Of a DNA stretch of 64,000 nucleotides, positions 28,725 to 38,807 are shown piece by piece. The stretch covers positions 52,981-116,980 of the forward strand of contig JARLGJ010000039.1 in assembly GCA_031296105.1 (NCBI GenBank), read 5' to 3'. Below the pieces are notes generated by a model that had not been told where the DNA came from, did not search any database, and saw nothing but the letters and a program-made list of their open reading frames with translations. Within the stretch, counting starts at the first letter, position 1; each line of letters begins with the position of its first letter. The position numbers were made by a program, and so were the translations under genes. Source of the DNA: Acidobacteriota bacterium. Lineage in GTDB: Bacteria > Acidobacteriota > Terriglobia > Terriglobales > Acidobacteriaceae.

Positions 28725-29473
28725 CGCGGCGCCTCCATCTCTTCACGCTCCGCCGCGGGGTACGGCGTAAGCAAACGCGCGGGGATTCCCTGCTCGCGCG
28801 CGATGAGGCGTCCGGCGTCGAGCACCAGGCATTCGTCGGCCACCGGCTCCATTAGCGCGGCCTGGTGAGTGACGACAAAGATCGTCGTGCCCGCATCGCG
28901 CATCCTGGCAAGCAGCTCGGTCATCTGCCGCGCCGAGCGAAGATCGACATTGGAGAATGGTTCGTCGAGGAAGAGCAGTTCCGGGCCGTGCACAATCGCC
29001 CTCGCCAGAGAAATGCGCTGACGCATGCCCTGCGAATACTGTCCCACGCGGCGCTCCAGCGAAGGGTCGAGCCCGACGGTGCGTATGGCCTGGCGGCAGC
29101 GCTCGCGGTCTTCAATGCCGTAGAGCGCGGCAAAGTATTCCAGGTTTTCCAGCGCGGAAAGTTCGTCGTAGAGAAGCGGGGCGTGGCCCATGTAGCCAAA
29201 GCGATGCGCCACGCTGCGAATGTTCGCGGAGCCGAGCACTTCCACCGTGCCGCGTGTGGGCGCCAGCAACCCGGCGATGACGCGCAGCAAAGTGCTTTTG
29301 CCCGCGCCGTTTTCGCCCAGCAGCACGTAGAGCTTGCCGGGAGCAAACTCCGCGCTGACGCCGCGCAGGGCGGCAAAGCGGCCAAAGTTGCGGACCACGT
29401 TATGCACGGCGACAGCCGCTTGTTGTGCGTTTGCGTTCACCAGACTGTGCAGTGTAGCGCGTTTATCCGTCAT
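28721..29473 (-). CDS. ccmA: heme exporter ATP-binding protein CcmA
   Basis: Walker A GENGAGKST, ABC signature YSQGMRQRISLA, Walker B LLFLDEP. Confidence 0.85.
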   Translation of the reverse strand: MTDKRATLHSLVNANAQQAAVAVHNVVRNFGRFAALRGVSAEFAPGKLYVLLGENGAGKSTLLRVIAGLLAPTRGTVEVLGSANIRSVAHRFGYMGHAPLLYDELSALENLEYFAALYGIEDRERCRQAIRTVGLDPSLERRVGQYSQGMRQRISLARAIVHGPELLFLDEPFSNVDLRSARQMTELLARMRDAGTTIFVVTHQAALMEPVADECLVLDAGRLIAREQGIPARLLTPYPAAEREEMEAPR

Positions 29474-29476
29474 CGC

Positions 29477-29935
29477 CTAGCGCATGGCGGGCGCCGCGGC
29501 CTGCGCTTTTTCCGGGGCGGGAGCGGGCTGCGCGTTTTGGTCGGCGCCCGGCGCCGGAGCGTACTTGGAGGCGCACTTGGCCTGAAGCTGCTTGGCGTGG
29601 AAGACGCCGTCGCGGCCGTAGCTGCCTTCGGCCAGGGCCTGCGCGTTGTCTTTAAAAGTGTCGGGCGGAGCTTCGGTGCCGCTGTAAGCCACGTTCAGGG
29701 TGCGTCCCTGCTCGGTGAGCGTGAACTGAACGTGCGTTCCCTGGCGGTGGATGGAGCCGGGCTCCACGTTGCCGGCCACGCGCAGGCGCTTGCTGTACAC
29801 GCCGTTGCCCATCTCGCTCATCTCTTTGATGGTGACGTAATAGCTCTTGCTCTCTTCCACGCCGGTAAATGCCAGGTAGCCCAGGCCGGCCAGAATGAGC
29901 ACGATGGGAATGCCAAATTTCACATACTTATTCAT
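29477..29935 (-). CDS. ccmE: heme chaperone CcmE, CxxxY variant
   Basis: The preferred start is the ATG at 29935 (MNKYVKFGIPIVLILAGLGYL membrane anchor). It has a RLRVAGNVEPGSI OB-fold core. AKQLQAKCASKY occupies the position of the E. coli AKEVLAKHDENY heme-binding motif. Confidence 0.85.
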   Translation of the reverse strand: MNKYVKFGIPIVLILAGLGYLAFTGVEESKSYYVTIKEMSEMGNGVYSKRLRVAGNVEPGSIHRQGTHVQFTLTEQGRTLNVAYSGTEAPPDTFKDNAQALAEGSYGRDGVFHAKQLQAKCASKYAPAPGADQNAQPAPAPEKAQAAAPAMR

Positions 29936-30124
29936 GTTCCATCCCAATCGGAGAGCGGCCACGTGCGCCATCTCCCCCAACCCCATTGCAAAGAGGGTAC
30001 TTCGGGGCCAAATTGCGGTCAAGCAAGGCCGCCCAGATTTCCACCCTGTATTGGATGCCTCTGGCCCGGGATGGACTCAGGAATCCAGGCACCCGCGAAG
30101 GCCCCGCGCCGCATCGTATAATGA

Positions 30125-31639
<1,515 letters not shown>

Positions 31640-31660
31640 GTTTTGTGGAGAAGATAAAAG

Positions 31661-31694
31661 AGGCCGCGCCCCAAAGGGTGCGGCCTTTCTCTTT
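31661..31694 (+). terminator. rho-independent terminator after thiC
   Basis: AGGCCGCGCCCC-aaa-GGGTGCGGCCT followed by TTCTCTTT. Confidence 0.7.
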
Positions 31695-31717
31695 GTGTGG
31701 ACTCTCAGGTTAGCGTT

Positions 31718-31756
31718 GTGCCCCAGGTTCGCGAAGCGCAGCGGAGCTAACCTGGG
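31718..31756 (+). repeat. CCCCAGGTT/AACCTGGG hairpin repeat (loop subtype CGCGAAGCGCAGCGgAGCT)
   Basis: GTGCCCCAGGTTCGCGAAGCGCAGCGGAGCTAACCTGGG. Confidence 0.85.
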
Positions 31757-31766
31757 TGGGCAATCT

Positions 31767-31809
31767 CCCAGGTTAGCCGCGCAAAAAACGCGCGTCGAAC
31801 CTGGGGCAC
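31767..31809 (-). repeat. CCCCAGGTT/AACCTGGG hairpin repeat in inverted orientation (loop subtype CGACGCGCGTTTTTtGCGCGGCT)
   Basis: CCCAGGTTAGCCGCGCAAAAAACGCGCGTCGAACCTGGGGCAC. This is the near-exact reverse complement of the copy at 11176-11218. Confidence 0.85.
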
Positions 31810-31837
31810 AAGCTCGATCTACACAATCTCGAGCTGA

Positions 31838-32203
31838 TTACCAGCGATCGCCCCAGCCCCACTTGCGGGATTCGGCGGCGCCGAACTGCTCCATCTGCGC
31901 CTCGGCAATGCGCTGGCCTTCGGAGCTTCCATTGCCGGTCTCCACAATGTGGATGAGGAAGAGGTAGTCGCCGGCGAATCCGGAGATGCACCAGACGCCC
32001 TTGCATCCCTCGACGGGCACAGCCTTCTCATCGGCGAGGGCCTGCAACAGGTCCACGCGGTAGGCGGTCCAGTCATCGTCTTCGCTGGCAAAGCGCAGGT
32101 ATTCGCGCAGGGCGGTTTCGGGCGTGTCGCCCGTGGCCTGGTGGACGTAGGTTCCACCGAGGAATTCGATCACAAAGGTGTAACGGGCCTTCTTGCGGCG
32201 CAT
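31838..32203 (-). CDS. hypothetical protein
   Basis: 121-aa ORF with GC3-rich codon usage. I recognised no motif. Confidence 0.5.
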   Translation of the reverse strand: MRRKKARYTFVIEFLGGTYVHQATGDTPETALREYLRFASEDDDWTAYRVDLLQALADEKAVPVEGCKGVWCISGFAGDYLFLIHIVETGNGSSEGQRIAEAQMEQFGAAESRKWGWGDRW

Positions 32204-32280
32204 AGAGGAATTCTAAATAGTGCGGGGTCCGGCGCCAGAGGAATTCGGCGACGGACCCCGGAAGGTAAATGGGGAGTAAG

Positions 32281-33573
32281 CTACACGACCAGTTCGGGCT
32301 CCTGCTCCTGCTGGCGGACGCCGTCATGCAGGTACTCGCGCATTTTCTTTTCGTCCAGTTGCTTGCACCAGTGCCCCACCACGATGGTGGCCACGCCGTT
32401 GCCAATCAGGTTGGTCAGCGCGCGCGCCTCGCTCATGAAGCGGTCGATGCCCAGAATGAGGGCCACGCCCGCCACCGGCACCGAACCCACCGCCGACAGC
32501 GTGGCGGCCAGCACGATGAAGCCGCTGCCGGTCACGCCGGCCGCGCCCTTCGAGGTCAGCATCAGGATGGCAAGCAGATAAATCTGCTGGCCCAGTGAAA
32601 GATGCGTGTTGGTGGCCTGGGCAATGAACATGGCGGCCATGGTCAGGTAGATCGAGGTGCCGTCCAGATTGAACGAGTAGCCGGCGGGAATCACCAGTCC
32701 AACCACGGTGCGGTCCACGCCGATCAACTCCATCTTGGCCATCATGCGCGGCAGAGCCGCCTCCGACGAGGACGTGCCCAGCACGATGAACAGCTCTTCC
32801 TTGATGAACTTCAGGTACTTCCAGATGCTGAAGCCGTGAATCAGGGCCACCGTTCCCAGCACCACGAAAATGAAGATCAGGCATGTGGAGTAGAAGCAGA
32901 CCATCACCCAGCCGAGCTGGCGCAGCGTGCCCACGCCGTACTTGCCCACGGTGAAGGCCATGGCGCCGAAAGCACCGATGGGAGCCACGCGCATGATCAT
33001 GTTCACTACGCGGAACAGCAGGTGCGAAAGCTGCTCGATGAAGTCGTGCACCATTTTGCCCTTGGGGCCAACCAGGTGCAGAGCAAAGCCGAAGAGAACG
33101 GCGATAAACAGAACGCTGAGAATGTCACCCGAGGAAAAGGCTCCGATGATCGTGTCAGGAATAATTTCGAGCAGAAACTGGGTGGCGGTGTGCATCTTGC
33201 CCGGCCCGGTGTAGGCCGCCACGGCTTTCGCGTCCAGGGTCGCCGGGTTTATGTTCATTCCCAATCCGGGGTGAACCGCGTCCACGATGATAAGGCCGAT
33301 GACCAGAGAAATTGTGCTGAGGACCTCGAAGTACAGAATGGCCAACGCACCGGTCTTGCCCACCGACTTCATGTTCTCCATGCCGCTGATGCCAAGCACC
33401 ACGGTACAGAAGATGATCGGGGCAATCATCATCTTGATCAGCTTGATGAAGCCATCTCCGAACGGCTTCATCTCGGCCCCTATGCCCGGCTTGAAATAGC
33501 CGAGCAGCACGCCGATGGCGATGGCCACCAGCACCTGAAAATACAACGTCTTATAAAACGGCTTTCCGCTCAT
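32281..33573 (-). CDS. dctA: dicarboxylate/amino acid:cation symporter (C4-dicarboxylate transporter)
   Basis: 430 aa. [41 protein letters not shown] and [16 protein letters not shown] are typical of the DAACS family. Confidence 0.85.
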   Translation of the reverse strand: MSGKPFYKTLYFQVLVAIAIGVLLGYFKPGIGAEMKPFGDGFIKLIKMMIAPIIFCTVVLGISGMENMKSVGKTGALAILYFEVLSTISLVIGLIIVDAVHPGLGMNINPATLDAKAVAAYTGPGKMHTATQFLLEIIPDTIIGAFSSGDILSVLFIAVLFGFALHLVGPKGKMVHDFIEQLSHLLFRVVNMIMRVAPIGAFGAMAFTVGKYGVGTLRQLGWVMVCFYSTCLIFIFVVLGTVALIHGFSIWKYLKFIKEELFIVLGTSSSEAALPRMMAKMELIGVDRTVVGLVIPAGYSFNLDGTSIYLTMAAMFIAQATNTHLSLGQQIYLLAILMLTSKGAAGVTGSGFIVLAATLSAVGSVPVAGVALILGIDRFMSEARALTNLIGNGVATIVVGHWCKQLDEKKMREYLHDGVRQQEQEPELVV

Positions 33574-33686
33574 TTACGAGAGGCTCCTCGATCCCAACTA
33601 TGTGGCGTTCAGGATAAGTACCACCAATTCACCGTGCATTGCCAGACTTTTCTAGCAGAGAAATCCACTGATTTTGTTTTGGGCGG

Positions 33687-35864
33687 CTACAAGGCAGCCT
33701 CCAGAACCGTGGCCGCGCGCTGCAAGGCGGCCGTAACTTCTTCCAGAGATTCAGCGGCCGTAGCCGGATCGTCGTGATCCATTGCTTCGCTCACCGCCGG
33801 CAACACCACCGCCGCATAGCCGGTGTATTCGCCCGGAGCAAAGACCGTGTGACGGAACCAGGTACGGTGCGGCAGCCCTTTGCCCAGCAGAGCGCGCTCC
33901 GCCTGCATCAGAGAGGCGTTCAGGCGCGGCAGTTTGGCCGCGGGCACGGTGCCGGAGGCCTGTTCCAACGCCCTGCCGGCGGCGGCCAGGCGGTCGGCGG
34001 CAGCCAGAGCGGCGTCAAAGTTCGGCAGCTTCCTGCTTCCATCGGCGGTCCACCCCAAGGCGCGAGCGCGCTTTTCCGCTTTTTCAAGATGGCGGCGCAC
34101 CTCGCGACCGTACAGGTCATAGTCGAAGGGTAAGGCATCTGCCTGAGACATACGCAACACCTGGATGCCGAAGACCCGCGCCATCTCCTGCTCATAAACA
34201 AATTCAGGATCGGCAAACCTGGTGAACCACGCATAGTTATCGAACACCGAGTGATACACGCCGTAAGGACCGCCGGAGCCAACGTCGGTGGAAGGCACGC
34301 CCAGGTGCTGCAGAAAGGCCGAATAATCCGAGCCGCTGCCCAGGTCTCCCACGCGCACGTCGTCCGCCTCGGCGTCGGCGCGGCGCTCATCAAACGAACC
34401 CTGCTCGCTGGGATGTTTGCGGGCCTCGCTCTGCGCCTTCCAGACCTCGTACACGGTTCCACCCTTCGGGCTGGGCACGGCCTTGGTCACATCGCGCAGA
34501 AAGCCCTTCAGGCTGGGCACGCCGGAGGCTCCGAAGTCCGGCCCGGCAACGCCCACGTCCATGTTGAAGTAGGCCACCGCGTTCTGGAGTTGTTTGGCAT
34601 ATTGCTCGGCGTATTCCGTGGAGCCAATCATCCCCTGCTCCTCGGCGTCCCAACTGGCGAAAACGATTGTGCGCCGGGGACGCCAGCCGCTCTTCACCAG
34701 CGCGCCGATGCCGTGCACAGCCTCCAGCATGGCGGCCGTGCCGCTGGAGGGATCGACCGCGCCGTACACCCAGGCATCGCGGTGATTGCCGGCGATGACC
34801 AGCGCATCCGGCTGTGCCGTGCCCTTCAGGGTGCCGATCACGTTCCAAATCGTGGTGTAGCTGTATTGCTGCACCAGCTTCATGTGCACCCTCACCGGCC
34901 CGGCTCCGATGTGATAGGTAAAGGGCAATCCGCCCTGCCAGTCGCGCGGACTCTCCGGCCCGCCCAGCTTCTCCAGCAGCGGCGAAGCATCGGCGTAGGA
35001 GAGCGGCGTGACGGGAACCTTCGTCAGGCTGGCGGCCTTCTCCGGCGGAGTGCGCTGCGACAGCGGCAGCTCCGGCGTGGAGGCGATGCCCGGTGTGGTG
35101 GCGTCGCCTGCGTATTCAAACGTGAACTGCGTCGATCCGCGCTGCACACTGGTTGCCGGGCGATACGGTCCCTTGGGATAGGCGTCGCCGCGCACGTAGC
35201 CATCGTCGATGGGATCGGAATAGAGAATCAGCCCCGCGGCCCCGGCTTCCTGCGCCGTCAAGGCCTTTACGCCGCGGAAATTCTGCCCGTAGCGCGCAAG
35301 GACAATCTTGCCGCGCACGTCCACGCCCATTTCGCGCAGCTTCTTGAAGTCCTCGGGGCGGGCGTAGTTGGCATAAACAATCTCGGCTTCCACCTCGCCC
35401 GAAGCCGAGCCGCCATTAAACGGCATCACCACGCGCGCGTCATCCTGGTAGGGATCGCCCTCCACGTGCTCGCGCGTCGGCCCGCGCATCTTCAGCCCCG
35501 CGGGCGCCGTGGCCTCCACCAGGATTTCTTTTGGCAGATTCAGCCACACCTTGTAGGTGTCAATGCGCACATCCAGCCCGGCATCGCGGAACTTCTGCGC
35601 CACGTAGTCGGCGGTCTTGCGATCCTCCGGGGAGCCGGCAATGTGCGGCTCGCTGGTGAGCGTGCGCAGATGCTGCCCCGCTAGTTTGGCGTCGGGAACG
35701 GCCAGGAAACGGCTCTCCAGCTTGTGCTCGGCCGCGGCATCGCGGAAGCCGGGAATCGGCTGCACCGGCTGATTGGGAGCTTGCTGCGCGGAGAGCAGAG
35801 ACGCAAAAAGTCCGAGAACGACTCCAGAACGAAATACACAGTTCATCTTGTGGCGAATCCCCAA
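33687..35864 (-). CDS. M28-family peptidase of the glutamate carboxypeptidase II / transferrin-receptor-like type
   Basis: 725 aa. It has a signal peptide, a PA domain, the M28 motifs GNHRDAW, WDAEEQGMIGSTE and GSGSDYSAF, and a C-terminal TFR-dimer-like region. Confidence 0.8.
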   Translation of the reverse strand: MGIRHKMNCVFRSGVVLGLFASLLSAQQAPNQPVQPIPGFRDAAAEHKLESRFLAVPDAKLAGQHLRTLTSEPHIAGSPEDRKTADYVAQKFRDAGLDVRIDTYKVWLNLPKEILVEATAPAGLKMRGPTREHVEGDPYQDDARVVMPFNGGSASGEVEAEIVYANYARPEDFKKLREMGVDVRGKIVLARYGQNFRGVKALTAQEAGAAGLILYSDPIDDGYVRGDAYPKGPYRPATSVQRGSTQFTFEYAGDATTPGIASTPELPLSQRTPPEKAASLTKVPVTPLSYADASPLLEKLGGPESPRDWQGGLPFTYHIGAGPVRVHMKLVQQYSYTTIWNVIGTLKGTAQPDALVIAGNHRDAWVYGAVDPSSGTAAMLEAVHGIGALVKSGWRPRRTIVFASWDAEEQGMIGSTEYAEQYAKQLQNAVAYFNMDVGVAGPDFGASGVPSLKGFLRDVTKAVPSPKGGTVYEVWKAQSEARKHPSEQGSFDERRADAEADDVRVGDLGSGSDYSAFLQHLGVPSTDVGSGGPYGVYHSVFDNYAWFTRFADPEFVYEQEMARVFGIQVLRMSQADALPFDYDLYGREVRRHLEKAEKRARALGWTADGSRKLPNFDAALAAADRLAAAGRALEQASGTVPAAKLPRLNASLMQAERALLGKGLPHRTWFRHTVFAPGEYTGYAAVVLPAVSEAMDHDDPATAAESLEEVTAALQRAATVLEAAL

Positions 35865-35978
35865 GCCGGTGAGCCAGCATGTTTTTTTCGGATTTAGGCA
35901 GCATACACCCGATTGCGCGGAAGGGAACAGATTGCTTTTGCCGGAGAGGATTTTGCAGGCGCAACGTACAGGAAGAAA

Positions 35979-36563
35979 TTACTTGAGCGAAGCCGCCGAC
36001 TCGGCCACGGCCGCCGTGTCATACCACGAAGAAAGATCGACGTGCCCCGCCAGCGTTTCCCGCGACTTGCCTTCCACCAGGAAGCGCACCCGCGTGAGTT
36101 GCGGAAACTGCGCCCGCAAGGTCATCACCAGGGAAAACAACGAAAGCTGCTCCGGCCCAATGCCGCTGCGGTGGCCATCGGCAAACGCGGCGTTCAGGTT
36201 GATCACCGCCGAGGACGGCCCCATCATGAAAACCTCATGCACGTCGGCTCCGGCGGGCAGAGGGTGCGGTGAATCCTTCTGCTGGCAACGCGCAATGAGC
36301 GCGTGCAGAGCGGTGCGCCCGCGCTCACCGGGATCGCTGGGCAGCGCCTGCGAGATTGTCTCCTGGCGCAGCGTGCCGCTCTGGTCGTCGGCCACATACA
36401 GCAGCAGCATCTCGGCCGGGCCGCTCACGGGCGCGCTCAAGCGCGTGGCCAGCGGCAGGGAAACCATTTCAGCCTTGCGCTTCAGGTGAACCAGGTAGCC
36501 GCCCATGGCAAAAATGGCCACCACCAGCACCAGAACGACGTATTGCAGACGGCGGGGAATCAT
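35979..36563 (-). CDS. GerMN-domain protein
   Basis: 194 aa with an N-terminal TM anchor. It overlaps the upstream amidase gene by 4 bp. LYVADDQSGTLRQE...VRFLVEGKSRETLAGHVDLS fits a GerMN-type domain. Confidence 0.65.
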   Translation of the reverse strand: MIPRRLQYVVLVLVVAIFAMGGYLVHLKRKAEMVSLPLATRLSAPVSGPAEMLLLYVADDQSGTLRQETISQALPSDPGERGRTALHALIARCQQKDSPHPLPAGADVHEVFMMGPSSAVINLNAAFADGHRSGIGPEQLSLFSLVMTLRAQFPQLTRVRFLVEGKSRETLAGHVDLSSWYDTAAVAESAASLK

Positions 36564-37984
36564 GGCGCCTCCTGCAGTCTGCCGCGCAGTCCGGCAATGG
36601 CATCGGCCAGCGCCGCGGCGGCCCTGGCCTGGTATTCCGCGCTGCCAAGGTCGTTGGCCGAGCCGCCCGGCGGCGGAGCCAGTTCCACCGCAACCGCCGC
36701 AATCGTCACCGAATTCAACGGCCGCAGGGGCACCGAGGAAGTCTGCGCGTGGAATCCGGCGCTGGTGGCCTGCGCGTCCAAGGCCGCGGCGGCAATGCGC
36801 GAATCCGGCAGCGAAGGCGCCTGCGCCGCATCCCAGGGCAGGAAGCTCTGGCGTCCCTGCCCGGCCGGCAGAGACGGCACCATGGCGGTGTAGATGCGCA
36901 GTCCATTGCCGCTGCTGGAGGCGTGCAGTGAGACGTAGAGCACGGCGTGACTGGTGTTGGCCGCCACCGCGCGCTGATCGTTGCTCAACTGCGCGTCGGA
37001 CGTGCGCGACATTACCACGGCAACGCCGCGCGACTCTAATTCCTTTTGCAGCCGCCGCGCCAGGGCCAGCGTCACGTTCTTCTCCGGCACCGACGCTCCC
37101 AGCATCTCTCCCGCGTCGCCGCCGCCGTGTGCGGCGTCAAGGAACACAAAGGGCAGCGTGCGGACCGGGCGCTGAACTACGCCGGAAGAAGCCGCGGATT
37201 GCCCGTTCGGTGCGGCAACCGGAGCGTTAACCCGGGGCGCCATCGCTGGCGGCGCCGCAGCCACGGCGGCCTGTATGGTGAAACTGCGACCACCACCGCC
37301 GGCAATTACCGTGACGGGTTTCTGCACGTTCACGTCCAGCTCAAAGCCGTCGGCGCTCTCCTGCCAGGCCGTGCTCTGAATCAACTCATCGCCGTAAGGA
37401 ACGCTGGCGGGGGAACCGCCCACCACGGCCTCGCGACGGAAGGCGAAACGTACCCGGCCTTTTTCTACCCGGATCAAGGGATTGACCGGAGCGGTGAAAG
37501 TCAGCACCAGTCGCGAGGGAGCGTGCAACAACTCGCAAGCGTAACGCACCTGGGCGCCGCCCAGGAACAGACGGTGGGCGGCGACGTGAAAGTCGGCAGG
37601 AAGCTCGGCAATGCGCGGCAGCAAATGCGCCAGGGCCGCCACCGGAATGTAGCCGCGTCCGTCGATTACGGCAAAGTTCGCGGACAGATCCTGCTTCTCG
37701 CCGCGCAGTTTGAACTGCCGCTTGCCATCCTGGAATTCCGCGTCCAGTCCGTTGAAACTGAGTTTGATCTTTTTCCCGTCGGCGCGCGATTCCAGGCGTC
37801 CTAGGGGTTCCAGCAGATCGGTCAGGCCCACATACTCCGCGCCTTCGCGCACCACAATGTCCACCTGGTAGGTGATACCCGGCGCATAGATTGCGATGTG
37901 ATGCGGTTCCGCGGCATGACCGCACACGCACATCAACAGGAGCATAACCAACAGGCGCTGTAAGATAGCGGGCTTCATGGGCAT
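36560..37984 (-). CDS. N-acetylmuramoyl-L-alanine amidase (Amidase_3, AmiC-like)
   Basis: 474 aa with a signal peptide. The C-terminal catalytic domain includes VFLDAAHGGGDAG...NVTLALARRLQKELESRGVAVVMSR...LYVSLHA. Confidence 0.8.
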   Translation of the reverse strand: MPMKPAILQRLLVMLLLMCVCGHAAEPHHIAIYAPGITYQVDIVVREGAEYVGLTDLLEPLGRLESRADGKKIKLSFNGLDAEFQDGKRQFKLRGEKQDLSANFAVIDGRGYIPVAALAHLLPRIAELPADFHVAAHRLFLGGAQVRYACELLHAPSRLVLTFTAPVNPLIRVEKGRVRFAFRREAVVGGSPASVPYGDELIQSTAWQESADGFELDVNVQKPVTVIAGGGGRSFTIQAAVAAAPPAMAPRVNAPVAAPNGQSAASSGVVQRPVRTLPFVFLDAAHGGGDAGEMLGASVPEKNVTLALARRLQKELESRGVAVVMSRTSDAQLSNDQRAVAANTSHAVLYVSLHASSSGNGLRIYTAMVPSLPAGQGRQSFLPWDAAQAPSLPDSRIAAAALDAQATSAGFHAQTSSVPLRPLNSVTIAAVAVELAPPPGGSANDLGSAEYQARAAAALADAIAGLRGRLQEAP

Positions 37985-38141
37985 TGGCTGACGCTGCCTC
38001 TATCCTACGACAAAATTGCCCCGGCGTTGCCGCCCCAAACGGCCAGCATATTCATGTCTGCGGAAATAGCTGCCACCGGGTGGCTCTCCCCGGTGGCAAT
38101 TCCACAGGAGTCGGCTACACTGAGTCCGGAGCTATTCCATC

Positions 38142-38735
38142 ATGCGACGCTTCTTCAGCCTGGTTTTTCTTTGCTGTCTCGCGCTGTCCGCCTACGGACA
38201 GATCGGTCTTTCGCCGCAGTCCAACGCCCCGGGAGTCAGAATCCGCGGACGCAACCCGGCGGAGCTGGCCGCCGGCGAAAAGAGCCTGCTCGCCGGCTAT
38301 TGCCACCTGGATTTTGAGGGCGCGCGCCTTGACCCCACCGGCTGGAAGCGCATGCAGCCCTACACCAGCCTGCGCGAGAGTCCCGATTTTCAGCAGGTGC
38401 TCATCGTCTCCCGCTATGACATTCTCCCTTCGGAGGAGCATCCTGGCGTTGTCCTCGTGAATTACCGAGTCACCGGTGTCTTCGACCTCAACGAAGGCTA
38501 TTCGCCGATGAACAGCACGATCCCCGCGCAGTTCCGCACGCAGGAAGAGGACGGCAGCCTGATCATCTCCGGCATGTCGTCGCCGCTGCCGCGCGTCTCC
38601 CTGCAGGCGGCAATCAAGTGGATGAATAGCCGCGTGGCCGACAAGAGCACTCCGGAAGCCCTGCGGGCGCACATGGTAGAAGCCCTGCGGAAGCTTGGGC
38701 AAAAGCTCCCTGAGCCGGTGTCCGCGGCCAATTAA
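38142..38735 (+). CDS. secreted hypothetical protein
   Basis: 197 aa. The signal peptide is MRRFFSLVFLCCLALSAYG. I recognised no motif. Confidence 0.55.
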   Translation: MRRFFSLVFLCCLALSAYGQIGLSPQSNAPGVRIRGRNPAELAAGEKSLLAGYCHLDFEGARLDPTGWKRMQPYTSLRESPDFQQVLIVSRYDILPSEEHPGVVLVNYRVTGVFDLNEGYSPMNSTIPAQFRTQEEDGSLIISGMSSPLPRVSLQAAIKWMNSRVADKSTPEALRAHMVEALRKLGQKLPEPVSAAN

Positions 38736-38752
38736 CTGGCCCCAAAATATTA

Positions 38753-38780
38753 AGGGCGAGGCCGCGGCCTCGCCCTTTTT
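38753..38780. terminator. rho-independent terminator between convergent genes
   Basis: AGGGCGAGGCC-gc-GGCCTCGCCCT followed by TTTT. Confidence 0.7.
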
Positions 38781-38807
38781 GCAGCTTTTCACACGTTATC
38801 CACAGGG

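Noticed and set aside
30003-30110. A TPP (THI-box) riboswitch, which is expected upstream of thiC.
   Set aside because: Some pieces vaguely align: GGGGCC..GGCCGCCCAGA..ACCCTG..TTGGATGCC..CGGGA. The near-invariant CUGAGA core and the CCUGAUCUGGAUAAUGCCAGCG segment are absent. A TATAAT at 30117-30122 sits only 8 nt before the ATG. cmsearch with RF00059 would settle the question. If the riboswitch is truly absent, that would be mildly unusual for thiC.
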